The notes under the pieces: model-generated
Seen by the model: only the letters and a program-made list of their open reading frames with translations
Told to the model about the DNA's origin: nothing
Database searches by the model: none
Assembly (NCBI GenBank): GCA_963730185.1
Contig: CAVSQW010000011.1
Span: 1-64,000 of the forward strand
Direction: 5' to 3'
DNA length: 64,000 nucleotides
Source: an uncultured Gemmatimonadales bacterium
GTDB taxonomy: Bacteria; Gemmatimonadota; Gemmatimonadetes; Gemmatimonadales; GWC2-71-9
Translations under genes and position numbers: made by a program
Shown here: positions 49,169-60,585 of the stretch, piece after piece
Layout: every line of letters starts with the position of its first letter
Position numbering within the stretch: the first letter of the stretch is position 1

Positions 49169-49672
49169 ATGAAGGTGCTGGGGATCGATCCGGGCACCGC
49201 CACGGTGGGATTCGGCGTGCTAGCGACCGAGCCAGGACGACCGCCCCGACTGATCGAGTGCGGAGTGATCAGGACCCAAGCGCGGGCACCCCTTCCCCTC
49301 CGCCTCCAGGCCATCCACGAGGGGCTGAACGAGCTGTTCCAGCGCCACCATCCCGACGTGCTGGCCGTGGAGGACATCTTCTACGCCACCAATGCCCGGA
49401 CCACGGCCGTACTGGGACACGCCCGCGGCGTGATCCTGCTCTCCGGCGCCCTGGCCGGCATCCCGGTCGCGGAGTACCCACCCGCCCGGATCAAGAAGGC
49501 CATCGTCGGGCGGGGGGCCGCCCTCAAGCCGCAGGTCGGCTACATGGTCGCCAAGCTGCTGGGGCTCTCGGCCCCGCCCCGTCCCGCCGACGCCGCCGAC
49601 GGCGTGGCCGTCGCCCTGACCCACGTGATGATCGGCGGCCCCGTTCGGATCCGGACCGGGAGCGTCCGGTGA
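49169..49672 (+). CDS. ruvC: Holliday junction resolvase RuvC
   Basis: LGIDPG, AVEDIF, HARG and DAAD motifs. Confidence 0.96.
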   Translation: MKVLGIDPGTATVGFGVLATEPGRPPRLIECGVIRTQARAPLPLRLQAIHEGLNELFQRHHPDVLAVEDIFYATNARTTAVLGHARGVILLSGALAGIPVAEYPPARIKKAIVGRGAALKPQVGYMVAKLLGLSAPPRPADAADGVAVALTHVMIGGPVRIRTGSVR

Positions 49673-50271
49673 TCGCGACGGTTTCGGGAACGCTGGCCCA
49701 CCGGGACGGCGACACCGTGCTGATCCAGACCGACGGTGGCGTCGGCTACGCGGTGACGGTGACCCTCGGCACGCTCGAGCGGCTTCCGGCCGTGGGCCAG
49801 CGGTGCTCGCTCTACACCGAGCTGGTGGTCCGGGAAGACGCCTGGACCCTCTTCGGCTTCGACCGGGCCGGCGACCGTGCCATCTTTGAGCGGCTCCTCG
49901 GCGCGAGCGGCTTCGGCCCCAAGCTGGCCATGGCCCTCCTCAGCACCCTGGGGCCGGCCCGGGCGGTCCGCTCGATTCAGAACAAGGACATCGCGGCTCT
50001 GGCCACGGTGCCGGGGATCGGGAAGAAGAAGGCCGAGCGACTCGCGGTGGAGCTCCAGGACCGGTTCGGCGACGTCAAGCCCGAAGCCGGGGTCGCCACC
50101 AAGGGAACTACCGGCGAGGAAGCGGCCCGGGCGCTGGTGACACTGGGCTATCAACCGGCCCAGGCCGACGAGGCGGTCCGATCGGCGCTGGCCGGCGGGC
50201 CGACCGACGACGTGGCGGCGCTCATTCGCCGGGCGCTGCAGCAGCTGACCACCCCACGAGGAGGACGCTGA
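49669..50271 (+). CDS. ruvA: Holliday junction branch migration protein RuvA
   Basis: GGVGY, VVRED..TLFGF, G.GPKLA, VPGIGKKKAER and LGY motifs. Confidence 0.96.
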   Translation: MIATVSGTLAHRDGDTVLIQTDGGVGYAVTVTLGTLERLPAVGQRCSLYTELVVREDAWTLFGFDRAGDRAIFERLLGASGFGPKLAMALLSTLGPARAVRSIQNKDIAALATVPGIGKKKAERLAVELQDRFGDVKPEAGVATKGTTGEEAARALVTLGYQPAQADEAVRSALAGGPTDDVAALIRRALQQLTTPRGGR

Positions 50272-50460
50272 ATGACCGCGCCGACCGCGTCGCCGCGCTC
50301 CGTAACAGCGGAGTGGCAGTGCACCAAGTGCAACAGCACCAACCGGAAGCTGGTCCCCGCCGGCACCCCGGCCGCGCACGACCGGTGCGTCACCTGTCAC
50401 ACCAAGCACGTCGTCTGGCCGGGTGAGCGCCCGGTCCGGTGGCACGCCAAGGCGGCGTGA
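50272..50460 (+). CDS. Small zinc-ribbon protein (62 aa)
   Basis: WQCTKC...CVTC; GGAGG SD; fills the ruvA-ruvB gap exactly, with a GTGA overlap to ruvB. Confidence 0.8.
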   Translation: MTAPTASPRSVTAEWQCTKCNSTNRKLVPAGTPAAHDRCVTCHTKHVVWPGERPVRWHAKAA

Positions 50461-51482
50461 GCCGGGTCGAGATCACCACGCCCGACCAGCTGCCCGACGA
50501 GGGCGGCTCCGACGCGGCGCTCCGTCCGTCGCGGCTGGACGAGTTCGTGGGACAGGACGCCGTCAAGGGATCGCTGCAGATCGCGATCGACGCCGCCCGC
50601 GGCCGGGGCGAGCCGGTCGACCACATCCTGTTCTTCGGCCCGCCCGGACTCGGGAAGACCACCCTCGCGATGCTGATGGCCCGGGAGATGGGGGCCCAGA
50701 TCCGGACCACCTCGGGCCCGGTGCTCGAGCGCCCCGGCGACCTGGTCGGCCTCCTGACCGGCCTGGCCCGGGGCGATATCCTCTTCATCGACGAGATTCA
50801 CCGGCTCCGGCCGGTGCTCGAAGAGTTCCTCTATCCCGCGATGGAGGACTACCGGGTCGACGTTCGGATTGCCGAAGGGCCGAACGCCCAGACCATCCCG
50901 ATGGCCATCGAGCCGTTTACCCTGGTGGGCGCGACCACCCGGTTCGGTCAGCTCACCCCGCCGATGCGGGCCCGGTTCGGGATCGTGGAGCGGCTCAACT
51001 TCTACGACCCGGCCGAGCTGACCAAGATCGTCACCCGCTCGGCCGCGATCCTCGGGGTCGAGACCGCCCCGGACGGCGCCCTCGAGATCGCCCGGCGGAG
51101 CCGGGGCACTCCCCGGATCGCCAACCGACTGCTCCGCCGGGTCCGGGACTACGCCCAGGTCCGTGCCGACGGGGTGATCACGGCCCCGGTGGCCGCCGAA
51201 GCGCTGGCCCGGCTGAACGTCGACGAGTTCGGGCTCGACGACATGGATGCCCGGATCCTCACCACCATCATCGAGAAGTTCGGGGGCGGGCCGGTCGGGC
51301 TGGCTACCGTGGCAGCCGCGGTCGGCGAGGACAGCGGGACGCTCGAAGAGGTCTACGAGCCCTATCTCCTCCAACAGGGATTCCTGGAGCGCACTCCGCG
51401 CGGCCGGGTGGCCACCCCGAACGCTTACCGACGGTTCGGCTTCACCCCGCCGAGCGGCCAGGCCACCTTCTTCGACCGCTGA
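50457..51482 (+). CDS. ruvB: Holliday junction branch migration helicase RuvB
   Basis: [39 protein letters not shown] and RTPRGR motifs. Confidence 0.98.
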   Translation: MSRVEITTPDQLPDEGGSDAALRPSRLDEFVGQDAVKGSLQIAIDAARGRGEPVDHILFFGPPGLGKTTLAMLMAREMGAQIRTTSGPVLERPGDLVGLLTGLARGDILFIDEIHRLRPVLEEFLYPAMEDYRVDVRIAEGPNAQTIPMAIEPFTLVGATTRFGQLTPPMRARFGIVERLNFYDPAELTKIVTRSAAILGVETAPDGALEIARRSRGTPRIANRLLRRVRDYAQVRADGVITAPVAAEALARLNVDEFGLDDMDARILTTIIEKFGGGPVGLATVAAAVGEDSGTLEEVYEPYLLQQGFLERTPRGRVATPNAYRRFGFTPPSGQATFFDR

Positions 51483-51546
51483 CCGGGCCGCGTCGGCCGG
51501 TGGCGGAGCGCCAGCCGCGGCCGTCCAGTGTGATGGTGGACGAAGG

Positions 51547-53333
51547 CTACCGTTGCATCATGGTGCCGATCCCGGACCGGATCGACTTCCAGGTCAATCC
51601 CCAGAAACTGTCTCCGCTGGCGATGACATAGCTGATCGGCACCGAGGGCCGATAGCCCTTTTCCCCGGCAGGTTCTCGCCCCGGAGCAGCATCCTGTTGG
51701 CGACGAAGCCCTTGAGTTTCTGCATCAGGCTCTGGGTGCGAGTGCCCTTGTCGATCGGTTCCACGTGCAGACTGTCGTACCTCGCCTGCAATCGCCCGGT
51801 GGAGCGCCCATTGGCGGTGTGGAACTCGAAGGTGACCTCGGTCGCCCGGCCACTGGAAAGCCGAATCCCATCCGCGGTCATGACGAACTGGTTGACCTCC
51901 GGCATCGGAAAGTCCCTCAATTCCCCCTGCACGCTCATCGCGAAACCCCGGGGCCGGATCGGGACGACCATCCGGGCCCTAATCCTTCCGGCACCCATCA
52001 ATCGGGCCGAGGCGTCCAGGACCGTCGGCTCGGGCGCCACGCCGGACGAGTCGCCGTTGGAGACGCCCGTCACCAGCGCCGCGATGTCGGAAAACCAGAT
52101 GACGGCAGGCGTGGAGCGGGCGGGATGGATCTCCCCGTAGCGCACCAGGCCCTTCTTCACCCGGATCGAATCGATCCGCACCTTCCAGTCGAGCCGGGCC
52201 AGCGACTGGGGCCACAGGGTTCGCGTCCGCGGCGGAGTGAGCCCTCCCCGCTGATCGGTCAGCACATCCAGCCGGAAGTCCCTGATCTCGACCCGGCCGA
52301 TCTCAACCTCCTGGCGCAGGACCGAGGCAGGAGAGATCCGCGAGGCCACGATGCCACCGGCGTTGATCCGGAGCCGACTCCGCCGGCCTGGGCTCCGCCT
52401 GAGCCAGTCGTCGTCGCTCAACAGCGGCTCGAAGGCCAGCGTGTCCACTTGAAGCACGTGTTCCCGGTTCGACCGGCGCAGCCCACCGAGGTATAGCACC
52501 GCCCCACTGTCGACTGGGGTGCTGCGCATCTGGCGCACGGTGACGACCGTATCCGCCTGGTCCACCCGCACCGCGACGTCGTCGAACCGGAGGGAGTCAG
52601 GCCGGCCGTGCGCCACGTGCAGCCAGGTGCCCGCCAGGATCGCGGCGGACTCGAACACCCGCCGTTTCAGGCTGTCGAGAGCGAGGCCGCGGATCTCGAG
52701 GGACAGGTCTCCGATCGAATCCGTGGCGGTCTTGCCGCTCCGAATGGTGCTGGAGAGGACCGTGGCGCGCTCGAAGCCGATGAGATCCACCCGCGCGTCC
52801 CGGAAGTCGTCTGGCAGCCACGCCGCCACCAGGTTGTAGACCAGGGAAGCGAGCGGGGGCGCGTCGAATTGCAGGGAGTCGGCGTCGCCGATCGCCACCA
52901 GCGCCGCTACCGATGCCACGGTGTCCGGCAGTTCGCGCACCTGGCTCACCACCGGGGCTTCCAGGTGCACCGTGCTGAGCCGGAGGTTGCGATGCCACAG
53001 GATGTCGCTCAGGTCCAGGCCCTCGAGCGTGACCTTGGGTGTAGCAGCGTCGAACCGGACGGCGCGAGAGGAGTCACGGTGGTCGTAGCGGATCCTGAGG
53101 TCGTGGATGACCAGCTGGCGGTGAAACAGGCGCAGGTCCAGGGCGGGGAACGTGATGGTGAGGCCCTCCGTCTCCGTCTCGCTGAGCAGGGCGAGGGTCC
53201 GGTCGCGCAGGTAATCGTTGATCGGCGTACGCAACGCCTCCTCCAGGCCGCGCAGGAACACGGCGGTCCCTGCCACCGCAATCACCGCGGCGACGACCAC
53301 GGCAACGCGCCACCGGCGACGGGGAAGTTTCAT
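51547..53333 (-). CDS. AsmA-like/DUF748-like periplasmic protein; 1-bp frameshift at ~51663 near the C-terminus
   Basis: N-terminal TM anchor, beta-rich. Adding one base in GGGGAAAA gives the plausible end ...SFWGLTWKSIRSGIGTMMQR* (stop at 51547). Confidence 0.7.
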
Positions 53334-53938
53334 CTGGAGAGGTGCCAGGCCGCGAGGATGGCCGGGGCTCCCGCTGTCCGCCGCTCAGGCTGCGGGCCGC
53401 ATGCGGCCTCCGCGTCGCGTCGCGGCCCCGCGCCGGGCTCACCGGCCGAGAGGTCCAGCAGAACGCGGTGCAGCGGACTGGTCAAGGTTCGGTCATGCCC
53501 GCACGGGGATAACGCTGTGGGCTTCACGCGACTGATCGACACGGTCACGCTGGGCTCGCCGCATCCGAGGCGTGCCTGGAACAGATCGATCATCCGCTTG
53601 AACAACCGCACCCATCCGCCGCTTTCGTGGCTCGGTCCCGATAGGCCGGGGGACGAGGTTGGCTTCCCCGGAGATCCTTATCGTCCGTGAATAGAAAGGA
53701 ACACCCGACCGCGACCTTCCGACATTCGTCGTACGATGGGCTCTCAGGTCGCTCGGAAGAGCGATGGCGGCCGCAGCCGCCCGCCCCGCACTCCGTCCTT
53801 CGAACGAGGGTGTCAGCCCTCCGATCGATGGTGACGCCGGCCCCGGCGGCCTATGGTTCGGAGGACGTCTACCCGCCGGGCTCCGATGCCCCGCGCGACG
53901 AGCGCGACGCCAGCGTGGCACCGACCTTGGAGGCACCA

Positions 53939-54064
53939 ATGCAACACTCGATGAACGGCGTCAACGGCTACATGGGGGGGTACGGCCTCTGGACGATCCT
54001 CGGTGTCCTGGCAGCTATGTTTATCATTGTCGCCATCGTCAAGATGGTGCAGAAGAAGGCCTAG
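53939..54064 (+). CDS. Small single-pass membrane protein (41 aa)
   Basis: GGAGG SD; MQHSMNGVNGYMGGYGLWTILGVLAAMFIIVAIVKMVQKKA. Confidence 0.7.
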   Translation: MQHSMNGVNGYMGGYGLWTILGVLAAMFIIVAIVKMVQKKA

Positions 54065-54081
54065 TCCGAGCAACCCGACCG

Positions 54082-56763
54082 TCAGTCCGACCGCAACGCC
54101 TCCAACGGGTCGACCGCGCTCGCCCGACGGGCGGGTCCGAAGCTCCCGAGCCAGGCCACGACCAGAAAGATCAGGGCGGCGCCGCCGAAGCTCAGGGCGT
54201 CCGTCGAGCCCACTCCGTAGAGCAAGGTTCTGAGCGTCCGACTGGCAAGAACCGCGAGGCCGGTCCCGAGCGCGATCCCGAGCAGCGCCAATCGAAGGCC
54301 GGCCCACGCCATCGCGCGGCGGATCCGGGCGGGCCGCTCCCCCAGGGCGAGCCGCACTCCGATCTCGTGGGTTCGCTGCGCCACCAGGAACGACGTCATC
54401 GCATAGATCCCGCCGCTGGCGAGGAGCAGGGCCACCAGCGCGAACGCGCCCAGCAGGAAGGCGCTGAACCGGGGTGAGCCCACCGCCGTCGCGACGACGT
54501 CCTCCAACGTCCTCGTGCCTTGCACGGCGAGCAACGGATCGAGCCCGGCGACTTCACGGCGGAGCGGTTCGACCAACCCGTTCGGGTCGCCGACCGCGCG
54601 GACCACCACCCGCATCGTGCTCCAGGCCAGCTGATCGACCGGCTGGTAGTAGGCCGGGGCCGGCGGGGTCGACAAGTTCCGCTGCCGAATGTCCCCGACC
54701 ACGCCCACGATCAGGCGCCCCGCCTCACCGTCCCCGGAATCGATGTGGATCTCCTGTCCGATCGGATCGCGGTCGGCGAAGAACTGGCGCGCCAGCGTCT
54801 CGTTGATGATCGCCACCGGCGGCGAGCCCTGCCGGTCCTCGGTGCCGAAGGCCCGTCCCCGGAGGATCGGGATCCCCATCGTCGCGAAGTAGCCGCGCGA
54901 GACCAGGCGGAAGTCACCATTCGGGCGCTCCGAACGCGGCGGGGCCTCGTTCCCCACCCAGAAGCCGAAGCTGATGCCATACCCTTCGAGCGGGACCTGC
55001 AGGGCCACCGCTGCCGCCACCACGCCGGGCATCCGATCGAGACGGTCGATCAGCTCCCCCAGGAACCGGCTTCGAGCGGCTTGATCCGGATAGCGGGTCT
55101 TCGGCAACGACAGCGAGGTCACCAGACCGTGCTCGGCCCGGAAGCCGGGATCAACGGCCACCAGCTTGGCGAGACTTCGCACCAGAAGGCCCGCCCCGAC
55201 GGTGAGCACGAGGGCCAGCGTTACCTGGGCCACGACCAGCCCCTGCTGGAGGCGGTAGCGACCCGGCGTCGCGTCGGCCCCGAGACCGTCGCCTCGGAGC
55301 GAGGTCGAGGCGGGGGTCCGGGTCAAGCGGAGCGCCGACACCAGGCCAAGCCCGGCGCCAAGCAGCAGGGAAAGTCCGGCGGCAAAGCCCATCGCGGTCC
55401 AGTCGAGCCGTACCGCGTCGAGCTGAGGCAGGGCGGCGGGGGCCAGCGCCATCACCGCCCGCAGCACGGCCCACCCCAGCGCGATGCCGCCCGCGCCCGC
55501 GGCCGCTGCGATCACCACGCCTTCGGTGACCAGCAGCCGGGTCAGGCGCCACCGATCGGCGCCGATCGCCGCCCGGACTGCCAGCTCGCGGCCGTGGGCC
55601 GACGCCCGCGCCGTGAGCAAGTTCGCGACGTTGACCCAGGCCACGACCAGCAGCAGACCAACGGCCGCCAGGAACAGCCAGAGCCGCGGGCCGAGGTCAC
55701 CGAGCATCGCGTCCTTGAGCGGCTCGAGTCGCGCACCCCATCCGCGCATCTGATCGGGATAGGCCTCGCCGAGCCGGCCCATGAGGACGTCCATCCGGGA
55801 CCCGGCGGAGGCCAGGGTCGCCTCAGGCGACAGCCGGCCGATGACGGACAGAAAGTGCGCCCCCCGACTGGTGCTCACGTCGAAGTGAAAGGACAGCGGC
55901 AGCCAGAGCGTCGTTTCGGCGCTCGGGAACCCGAAGTCCCGGGGCATCACCCCGACGATCGTGTAGGCCTCACCGTCGAGCGGGAGGGTCTGACCGACCA
56001 CCCCCGAATCGCCGCCCAGCCGCTGGGTCCAGAAGGCATGACTCAGCACGACCACCCGGTCCCGGCCAGGCGTCTCGTCGTCTCGGCGAAAGCCGCGTCC
56101 CATCGCGGGCTTCACGCCCAACGTCGCGAGCCACCCGGCCGAGACCTGGGCCACCGGGATCGACTCCGCCGGGTCGGCCCCGGACCACGTCGCCCGGTCC
56201 TGCTGAAAAGCCGCCACTCCCGAGAACGCGTCGCGAAGCTGCTCCCGCCAATCGAGAAAGGTGGCCGGCGACGAGGGCCACAGGCCGGGGTGGTGCTCCG
56301 GGTCGGTGTCGTAGATCCGCACCAGGCGGCCCGGCTCCGGGAAGGGAAGCGACCGCAGGGCCACCTGATTCACCAAGCTGAACATCGCGCTGCTCGCCCC
56401 GATCCCGATGGCCAGGATGGCCACGGCAACCAGGGTGAACCCGGGGCGCCGGCGGAGCAGTCGGAGCCCGTAGCGAAGATCCATCAGCAGCTCGTCCATG
56501 GTAATCCTCTTCCCGGAGACCGACGACCCCTTCGCCGTAGACCGGCGGAAACGCTCGGCGAGGCCACTCACGATGACGTTGGCCACGACCCCGGCCAGAT
56601 GACGCCGAGCGGCCGCCCGGCCCCGCTCCCGGGCGATCGTCGCGTAACGCTCGGAGGCGATGCCCAGCATCTCGCTCCCGTACCGCCGCCGGAACTCGCG
56701 CGGGAAGGCCCGGACCGCAGCCCGCACCACCGCCGGGACGCGGCTCCGAGGATCCGCCCTCAC
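54082..56763 (-). CDS. ADOP-type duplicated MacB/FtsX ABC permease
   Basis: [46 protein letters not shown] and [17 protein letters not shown] motifs. Confidence 0.95.
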   Translation of the reverse strand: MRADPRSRVPAVVRAAVRAFPREFRRRYGSEMLGIASERYATIARERGRAAARRHLAGVVANVIVSGLAERFRRSTAKGSSVSGKRITMDELLMDLRYGLRLLRRRPGFTLVAVAILAIGIGASSAMFSLVNQVALRSLPFPEPGRLVRIYDTDPEHHPGLWPSSPATFLDWREQLRDAFSGVAAFQQDRATWSGADPAESIPVAQVSAGWLATLGVKPAMGRGFRRDDETPGRDRVVVLSHAFWTQRLGGDSGVVGQTLPLDGEAYTIVGVMPRDFGFPSAETTLWLPLSFHFDVSTSRGAHFLSVIGRLSPEATLASAGSRMDVLMGRLGEAYPDQMRGWGARLEPLKDAMLGDLGPRLWLFLAAVGLLLVVAWVNVANLLTARASAHGRELAVRAAIGADRWRLTRLLVTEGVVIAAAAGAGGIALGWAVLRAVMALAPAALPQLDAVRLDWTAMGFAAGLSLLLGAGLGLVSALRLTRTPASTSLRGDGLGADATPGRYRLQQGLVVAQVTLALVLTVGAGLLVRSLAKLVAVDPGFRAEHGLVTSLSLPKTRYPDQAARSRFLGELIDRLDRMPGVVAAAVALQVPLEGYGISFGFWVGNEAPPRSERPNGDFRLVSRGYFATMGIPILRGRAFGTEDRQGSPPVAIINETLARQFFADRDPIGQEIHIDSGDGEAGRLIVGVVGDIRQRNLSTPPAPAYYQPVDQLAWSTMRVVVRAVGDPNGLVEPLRREVAGLDPLLAVQGTRTLEDVVATAVGSPRFSAFLLGAFALVALLLASGGIYAMTSFLVAQRTHEIGVRLALGERPARIRRAMAWAGLRLALLGIALGTGLAVLASRTLRTLLYGVGSTDALSFGGAALIFLVVAWLGSFGPARRASAVDPLEALRSD

Positions 56764-57113
56764 CGCGGCGTCTCCGTCCCCAGCAGCCGCCGCGATCGCG
56801 CCTGGCGGACCACGGCCGCCAGGCGCCGGGCCTCCGCCCGGGCGACCTCGCGGCCCAGCGCCGTGATCCGGTAGTTCCTCCGCCGGGACTCGTCCCCGAT
56901 CGTCGCCGACCCCGAGTCCGCGATCAGGCCCTGCTCGGTCAGCCGGCCGATCAGCCGGTAGAGCGACCCGACCTCGAGGACCACCGCCCCGCCGGAGTCG
57001 GCCTCGACCCGCTGCATGATCCCATACCCGTGGAGGTCGCCTTCGAGCAGCACCATGAGGATCTGGAAATCGGCCGGCTTGAGCGGGAGGAACCGATCGG
57101 CGGAGGGTGGCAT
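56760..57113 (-). CDS. PadR family transcriptional regulator
   Basis: LHGYGI, GSLYRL..RL and [11 protein letters not shown] motifs; coupled to the permease. Confidence 0.93.
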   Translation of the reverse strand: MPPSADRFLPLKPADFQILMVLLEGDLHGYGIMQRVEADSGGAVVLEVGSLYRLIGRLTEQGLIADSGSATIGDESRRRNYRITALGREVARAEARRLAAVVRQARSRRLLGTETPR

Positions 57114-57131
57114 GAAGACCGTCTCTGCGAA

Positions 57132-57150
57132 TAGAAGTATTTTACTTATA
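57132..57150. promoter_or_regulatory. AT-rich palindrome, candidate PadR operator
   Basis: TAGAAGTA-TTT-TACTTATA (1 mismatch), 19 bp upstream of the padR start. Confidence 0.65.
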
Positions 57151-57304
57151 CCAACCGATCGGTCCCCTCGCAAGGGGCAGCCGGGACGCCAGTGAGACAC
57201 CCGGCCCGCCGCGATCGTTGGCCGGGTCCCGGAGCGAGCGCGCGGTCTTGCCCCCGGGGACGGGCTCCCGGTTTCTTCCGGGCGATGACCGGTACCCGTC
57301 TCGC

Positions 57305-58352
57305 GTGAGCGACCCACCGTCCCCCGCCCTTCGCACGGCGGACTTCGACTACGCCCTGCCGCCGGAGCTCATCGCCCAGACGCCGAGCCCGATCCGGGGC
57401 GAGAGCCGCCTGCTGGTGGTCCGCCGGGAGGGCGCCCCGGCGCTGGAGGACCGTCGCTTCGGCGAGCTGGCCGACCTGATTCCATCAGGGGACCTGCGTG
57501 ATCCTGAACCGGACCCGCGTCCGCCACGCTCGGCTGCTCGGCACCCGGCCGTCGGGCGCGCCGGCCGAGGTCCTGCTGCTCCACCCGGCAACCGACGGGA
57601 CCTGGGTCGCGATGGGCAAGCCCGGGAGCGCCCTCCGTCCCGGCCGGCGGATCAGGTTGGGTGCGAACGTCGAGGTGGAGACGCTCGAGGTGCTCGACGG
57701 CCCCAACCGCCGGGTCCGGTTCGTCGGGGCCACGGCGGAGGAGGCCATGGCGCGCTTCGGCCGACTCCCGCTCCCACCCTACATCGACCACGATCCCACG
57801 GCGGTCGACGAAGACCGCTACCAGACCGTCTTCGCCGATCGGGAGTCGAGCGTGGCGGCGCCGACGGCGGGGCTCCACTTCACCGAGGCGCTTCTCACCG
57901 GCCTCGAGACCCGCGGCGTGGAGCTGGCCCGGCTGGAGCTCGAGGTCGGGCCGGGCACCTTTCGCCCGGTGGAGACCGACGACCCTCGCCACCATCCGAT
58001 GCATCGCGAGGGGTACGAGATCCCGCCCGAGCTGCCGGACGCGATCGCGCGGACCCGCGAGCGGGGCGGCCGGATCTGGGCGATCGGCACGACGGTGGTG
58101 CGGGCCCTCGAGGCCGCGGCCGAGTCCGGCGAGGTCCGGGCGGGCCGGGCCGAAACGTCGCTCCTGATCCTCCCGGGATCCCGCTTTCGGGTCGTGGACC
58201 GGCTGGTCACCAACTTCCACCTGCCCCGGTCCACGCTCCTGATGCTGGTGAGCGCCCTGGGCGGCACCGAGCGGATCCGGGCCGCCTACCGCCACGCCGT
58301 CGAGGCGCGGTACCGGTTCTACAGCTACGGCGACGCGATGGCGATCCTCTAG
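57305..58352 (+). pseudogene. queA: S-adenosylmethionine:tRNA ribosyltransferase-isomerase QueA; 1-bp frameshift at ~57497
   Basis: DFDYALPPELIAQ in one frame; LNRTRV, PLPPYI, AAPTAGLHF, TNFHLPRST and YRFYSYGDAM in the next. Confidence 0.95.
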
Positions 58353-59551
58353 CCCCCGCCGCCGAACTCCACCCCGTGGCGCTCCCGCCCGAGCCACGCG
58401 GCGATCGCCGCCAGGACGAATACGGTCCCGGCGGTGAGCGCCATGGCGTTGGCGTACGAGGTTCGCTCGGCGAACACCGCCTCGAGGTACGCCACGGTCC
58501 CCGCCAGGGCCACCCCGCACTGATAGGCGAAGCCGGGAAGGAAGCCCCGGACCGCATCGGGTGACATCTCGGTGATGTGGGCCGGGATCACCCCCCAGGC
58601 GCCCTGGACCAGCATCTGAATCAGGAACGCGCCGGGCCAGAGCCAGATCAGCGACGGCGGATAGGCCCAGAGCGGGATCACCACCAAGGCGAGCACCAAG
58701 GCCAGCACGATCGTCTTCCGACGGCCCAACCGGTCCGACAGATGACCGAAGACCACCCCGCCGATCAGGGCGCCGACCATCGAGACGATGGTGATCAACA
58801 TCCGCTCCCGCCCCGCGATCCCGAAGGAGCGCTGCAGGAAGGTCGGGTACATGTCCTGAGTGCTGTGGGCCACGAAGTTCATCGTCATCAGGAACACGAC
58901 CAGGTACAGATAGAGCTTCCAGTTCGAGACGATCGCCCGGCCGAGCTGCCCCCAGTCGTGATGCCGGGTCTTCTGCCAGACCTCCGACTCGCTCACCCGG
59001 AAACGGACGAACACCGCCAGGAGCGCCGGCAGCCCGCCGATGAAGAAGAGCGGCCGCCAGCCGAACTTGGGGAACACGAAGAGGTAGCAGAGGGCCGCCA
59101 GGAGATAGCCGCAGGCGTATCCCTCCTGGAGGAGCCCGGAGAGAATCCCCCGGCGGGCGTGGGGTGCCTTTTCCATCGCCAGCGAGGCGCCGACCCCCCA
59201 CTCGCCGCCCATCCCGATGCCGAAGAGCGCGCGGAGCACCAGGAAGGTCTCGTAGTTCGGCGCCAGCCCGGAGGCCACCTCGATGATGGAGAAGAACACC
59301 AGGTTCAGCATCAAGGGGAGGCGCCGCCCGTACCGGTCGGCCATCAGCCCGAAGATGAAGGCGCCGACCGGACGGAACGCCAAGGTGATCGTGATGGTGA
59401 GCGCGATGTCCCGGTCGGGGCGGCCGAATTCCTGCGCGATGGCGGTCAGCGAGACCACCACCAGGAAGTAGTCGAAGGCGTCGAGGGTCCAGCCCAGGAA
59501 GCTGGCCAGCACGGCGGCCCCGGCGGAGTCGTGACGGCGTGGTTTGCTCAT
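58349..59551 (-). CDS. MFS transporter, SHS (JEN1/NanT-like) family
   Basis: GWTLDAFDYF, ADRYGRR, GMGGEWG, QDMYPTF and GAWGVIPAH motifs. Confidence 0.93.
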   Translation of the reverse strand: MSKPRRHDSAGAAVLASFLGWTLDAFDYFLVVVSLTAIAQEFGRPDRDIALTITITLAFRPVGAFIFGLMADRYGRRLPLMLNLVFFSIIEVASGLAPNYETFLVLRALFGIGMGGEWGVGASLAMEKAPHARRGILSGLLQEGYACGYLLAALCYLFVFPKFGWRPLFFIGGLPALLAVFVRFRVSESEVWQKTRHHDWGQLGRAIVSNWKLYLYLVVFLMTMNFVAHSTQDMYPTFLQRSFGIAGRERMLITIVSMVGALIGGVVFGHLSDRLGRRKTIVLALVLALVVIPLWAYPPSLIWLWPGAFLIQMLVQGAWGVIPAHITEMSPDAVRGFLPGFAYQCGVALAGTVAYLEAVFAERTSYANAMALTAGTVFVLAAIAAWLGRERHGVEFGGGG

Positions 59552-59747
59552 GCGACCAAGTCGCCGGCGGGGGACGCCGGGTCGGGCGAGGTTGGCTGTG
59601 CGAGCGTGAGGCACCGCGAGCGGGCGCGCCGGGCCCAATCTGGGCTCTCCCGGACCGGACCGCCAGGGCGGCTGGCCGCGACGCTCCGCGGCGGAGATAT
59701 TCCCAACCTTCCCGATCGACCCCACCCAAGCGAGGTCCTCGATCCCG

Positions 59748-60518
59748 ATGCTTCAGGCAAGCACCACGGGACCTGCGAACCGGTCCAGCGTCGTCTTCTT
59801 GCACGGCGCCGGCGTTGCCGGGTGGATGTGGCGTGACCAGGTTGCCGGTCTCGACCAATTCCGCTGCATCGTGCCCGACCTGCCGGGACACGGGATGAGC
59901 CGCTCGACACCGTGGCAGGGGATCGACCGAGCCGCCGGCGAGGTCGCCGAGCTGATTCGGGCCCGGGCTCGAGAGGGACGCGCCCACGTGGTGGGGTTGA
60001 GCCTCGGGGGGCACGTCGCGCTCCAGTTGGTCGCCCACTACCCTGACCTGGTGGATCGGGTGCTGGTGAGCGGCACCTTGGTCACCGGGCTCACTGGAGC
60101 GCGAATCCTCGCCGGCCTGGCGGCGCTCACCCTCCCGTTGGGCCGGATCGGCTGGATGACGACCCTGAGCGCCCGGGCCCTGCACGTGCCGGCGCTCGAT
60201 CGGGAGGCTCACCGCCAAGCAGCTCTGTCGCTCACCCCAGAGCTGCTTCGTCGGACGGTCCTGGACGTCGCCGAGTATCGTCCGCCACCGATCCTCGCGA
60301 GCCGCCTCCACTCGGTCTTGGTGCTGGCCGGCACCCGAGAGCACCGTCGAATCCGCGCCAGCGTCGCGGTCCTCACGTCGCTCCTTCCCAACGCCGTCGG
60401 CGGGCTCGTCCCCGGCGCGGCCCACACCTGGAACTGGCAGCGACCCGAGGCCTTCACCGGAACCGTCCGCGATTGGCTCGCGTCCGGCCAGACTCCCGCC
60501 GGCCTCAGGCCGGCGTGA
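59748..60518 (+). CDS. Alpha/beta fold hydrolase
   Basis: FLHG, DLPGHG, GLSLGG (GxSxG) and AAHTW motifs. Confidence 0.9.
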   Translation: MLQASTTGPANRSSVVFLHGAGVAGWMWRDQVAGLDQFRCIVPDLPGHGMSRSTPWQGIDRAAGEVAELIRARAREGRAHVVGLSLGGHVALQLVAHYPDLVDRVLVSGTLVTGLTGARILAGLAALTLPLGRIGWMTTLSARALHVPALDREAHRQAALSLTPELLRRTVLDVAEYRPPPILASRLHSVLVLAGTREHRRIRASVAVLTSLLPNAVGGLVPGAAHTWNWQRPEAFTGTVRDWLASGQTPAGLRPA

Positions 60519-60585
60519 CCCGCCCCTGGCCGGGAGCGTCCCCGGCCGACTAGGTTCGCGAGCGTCTCGACCGGGAGCGTCCTTC

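Noticed and set aside
50386..50400. CxxCH heme-c motif (CVTCH)
   Set aside because: No signal peptide, and a paired upstream CxxC points to a zinc ribbon.
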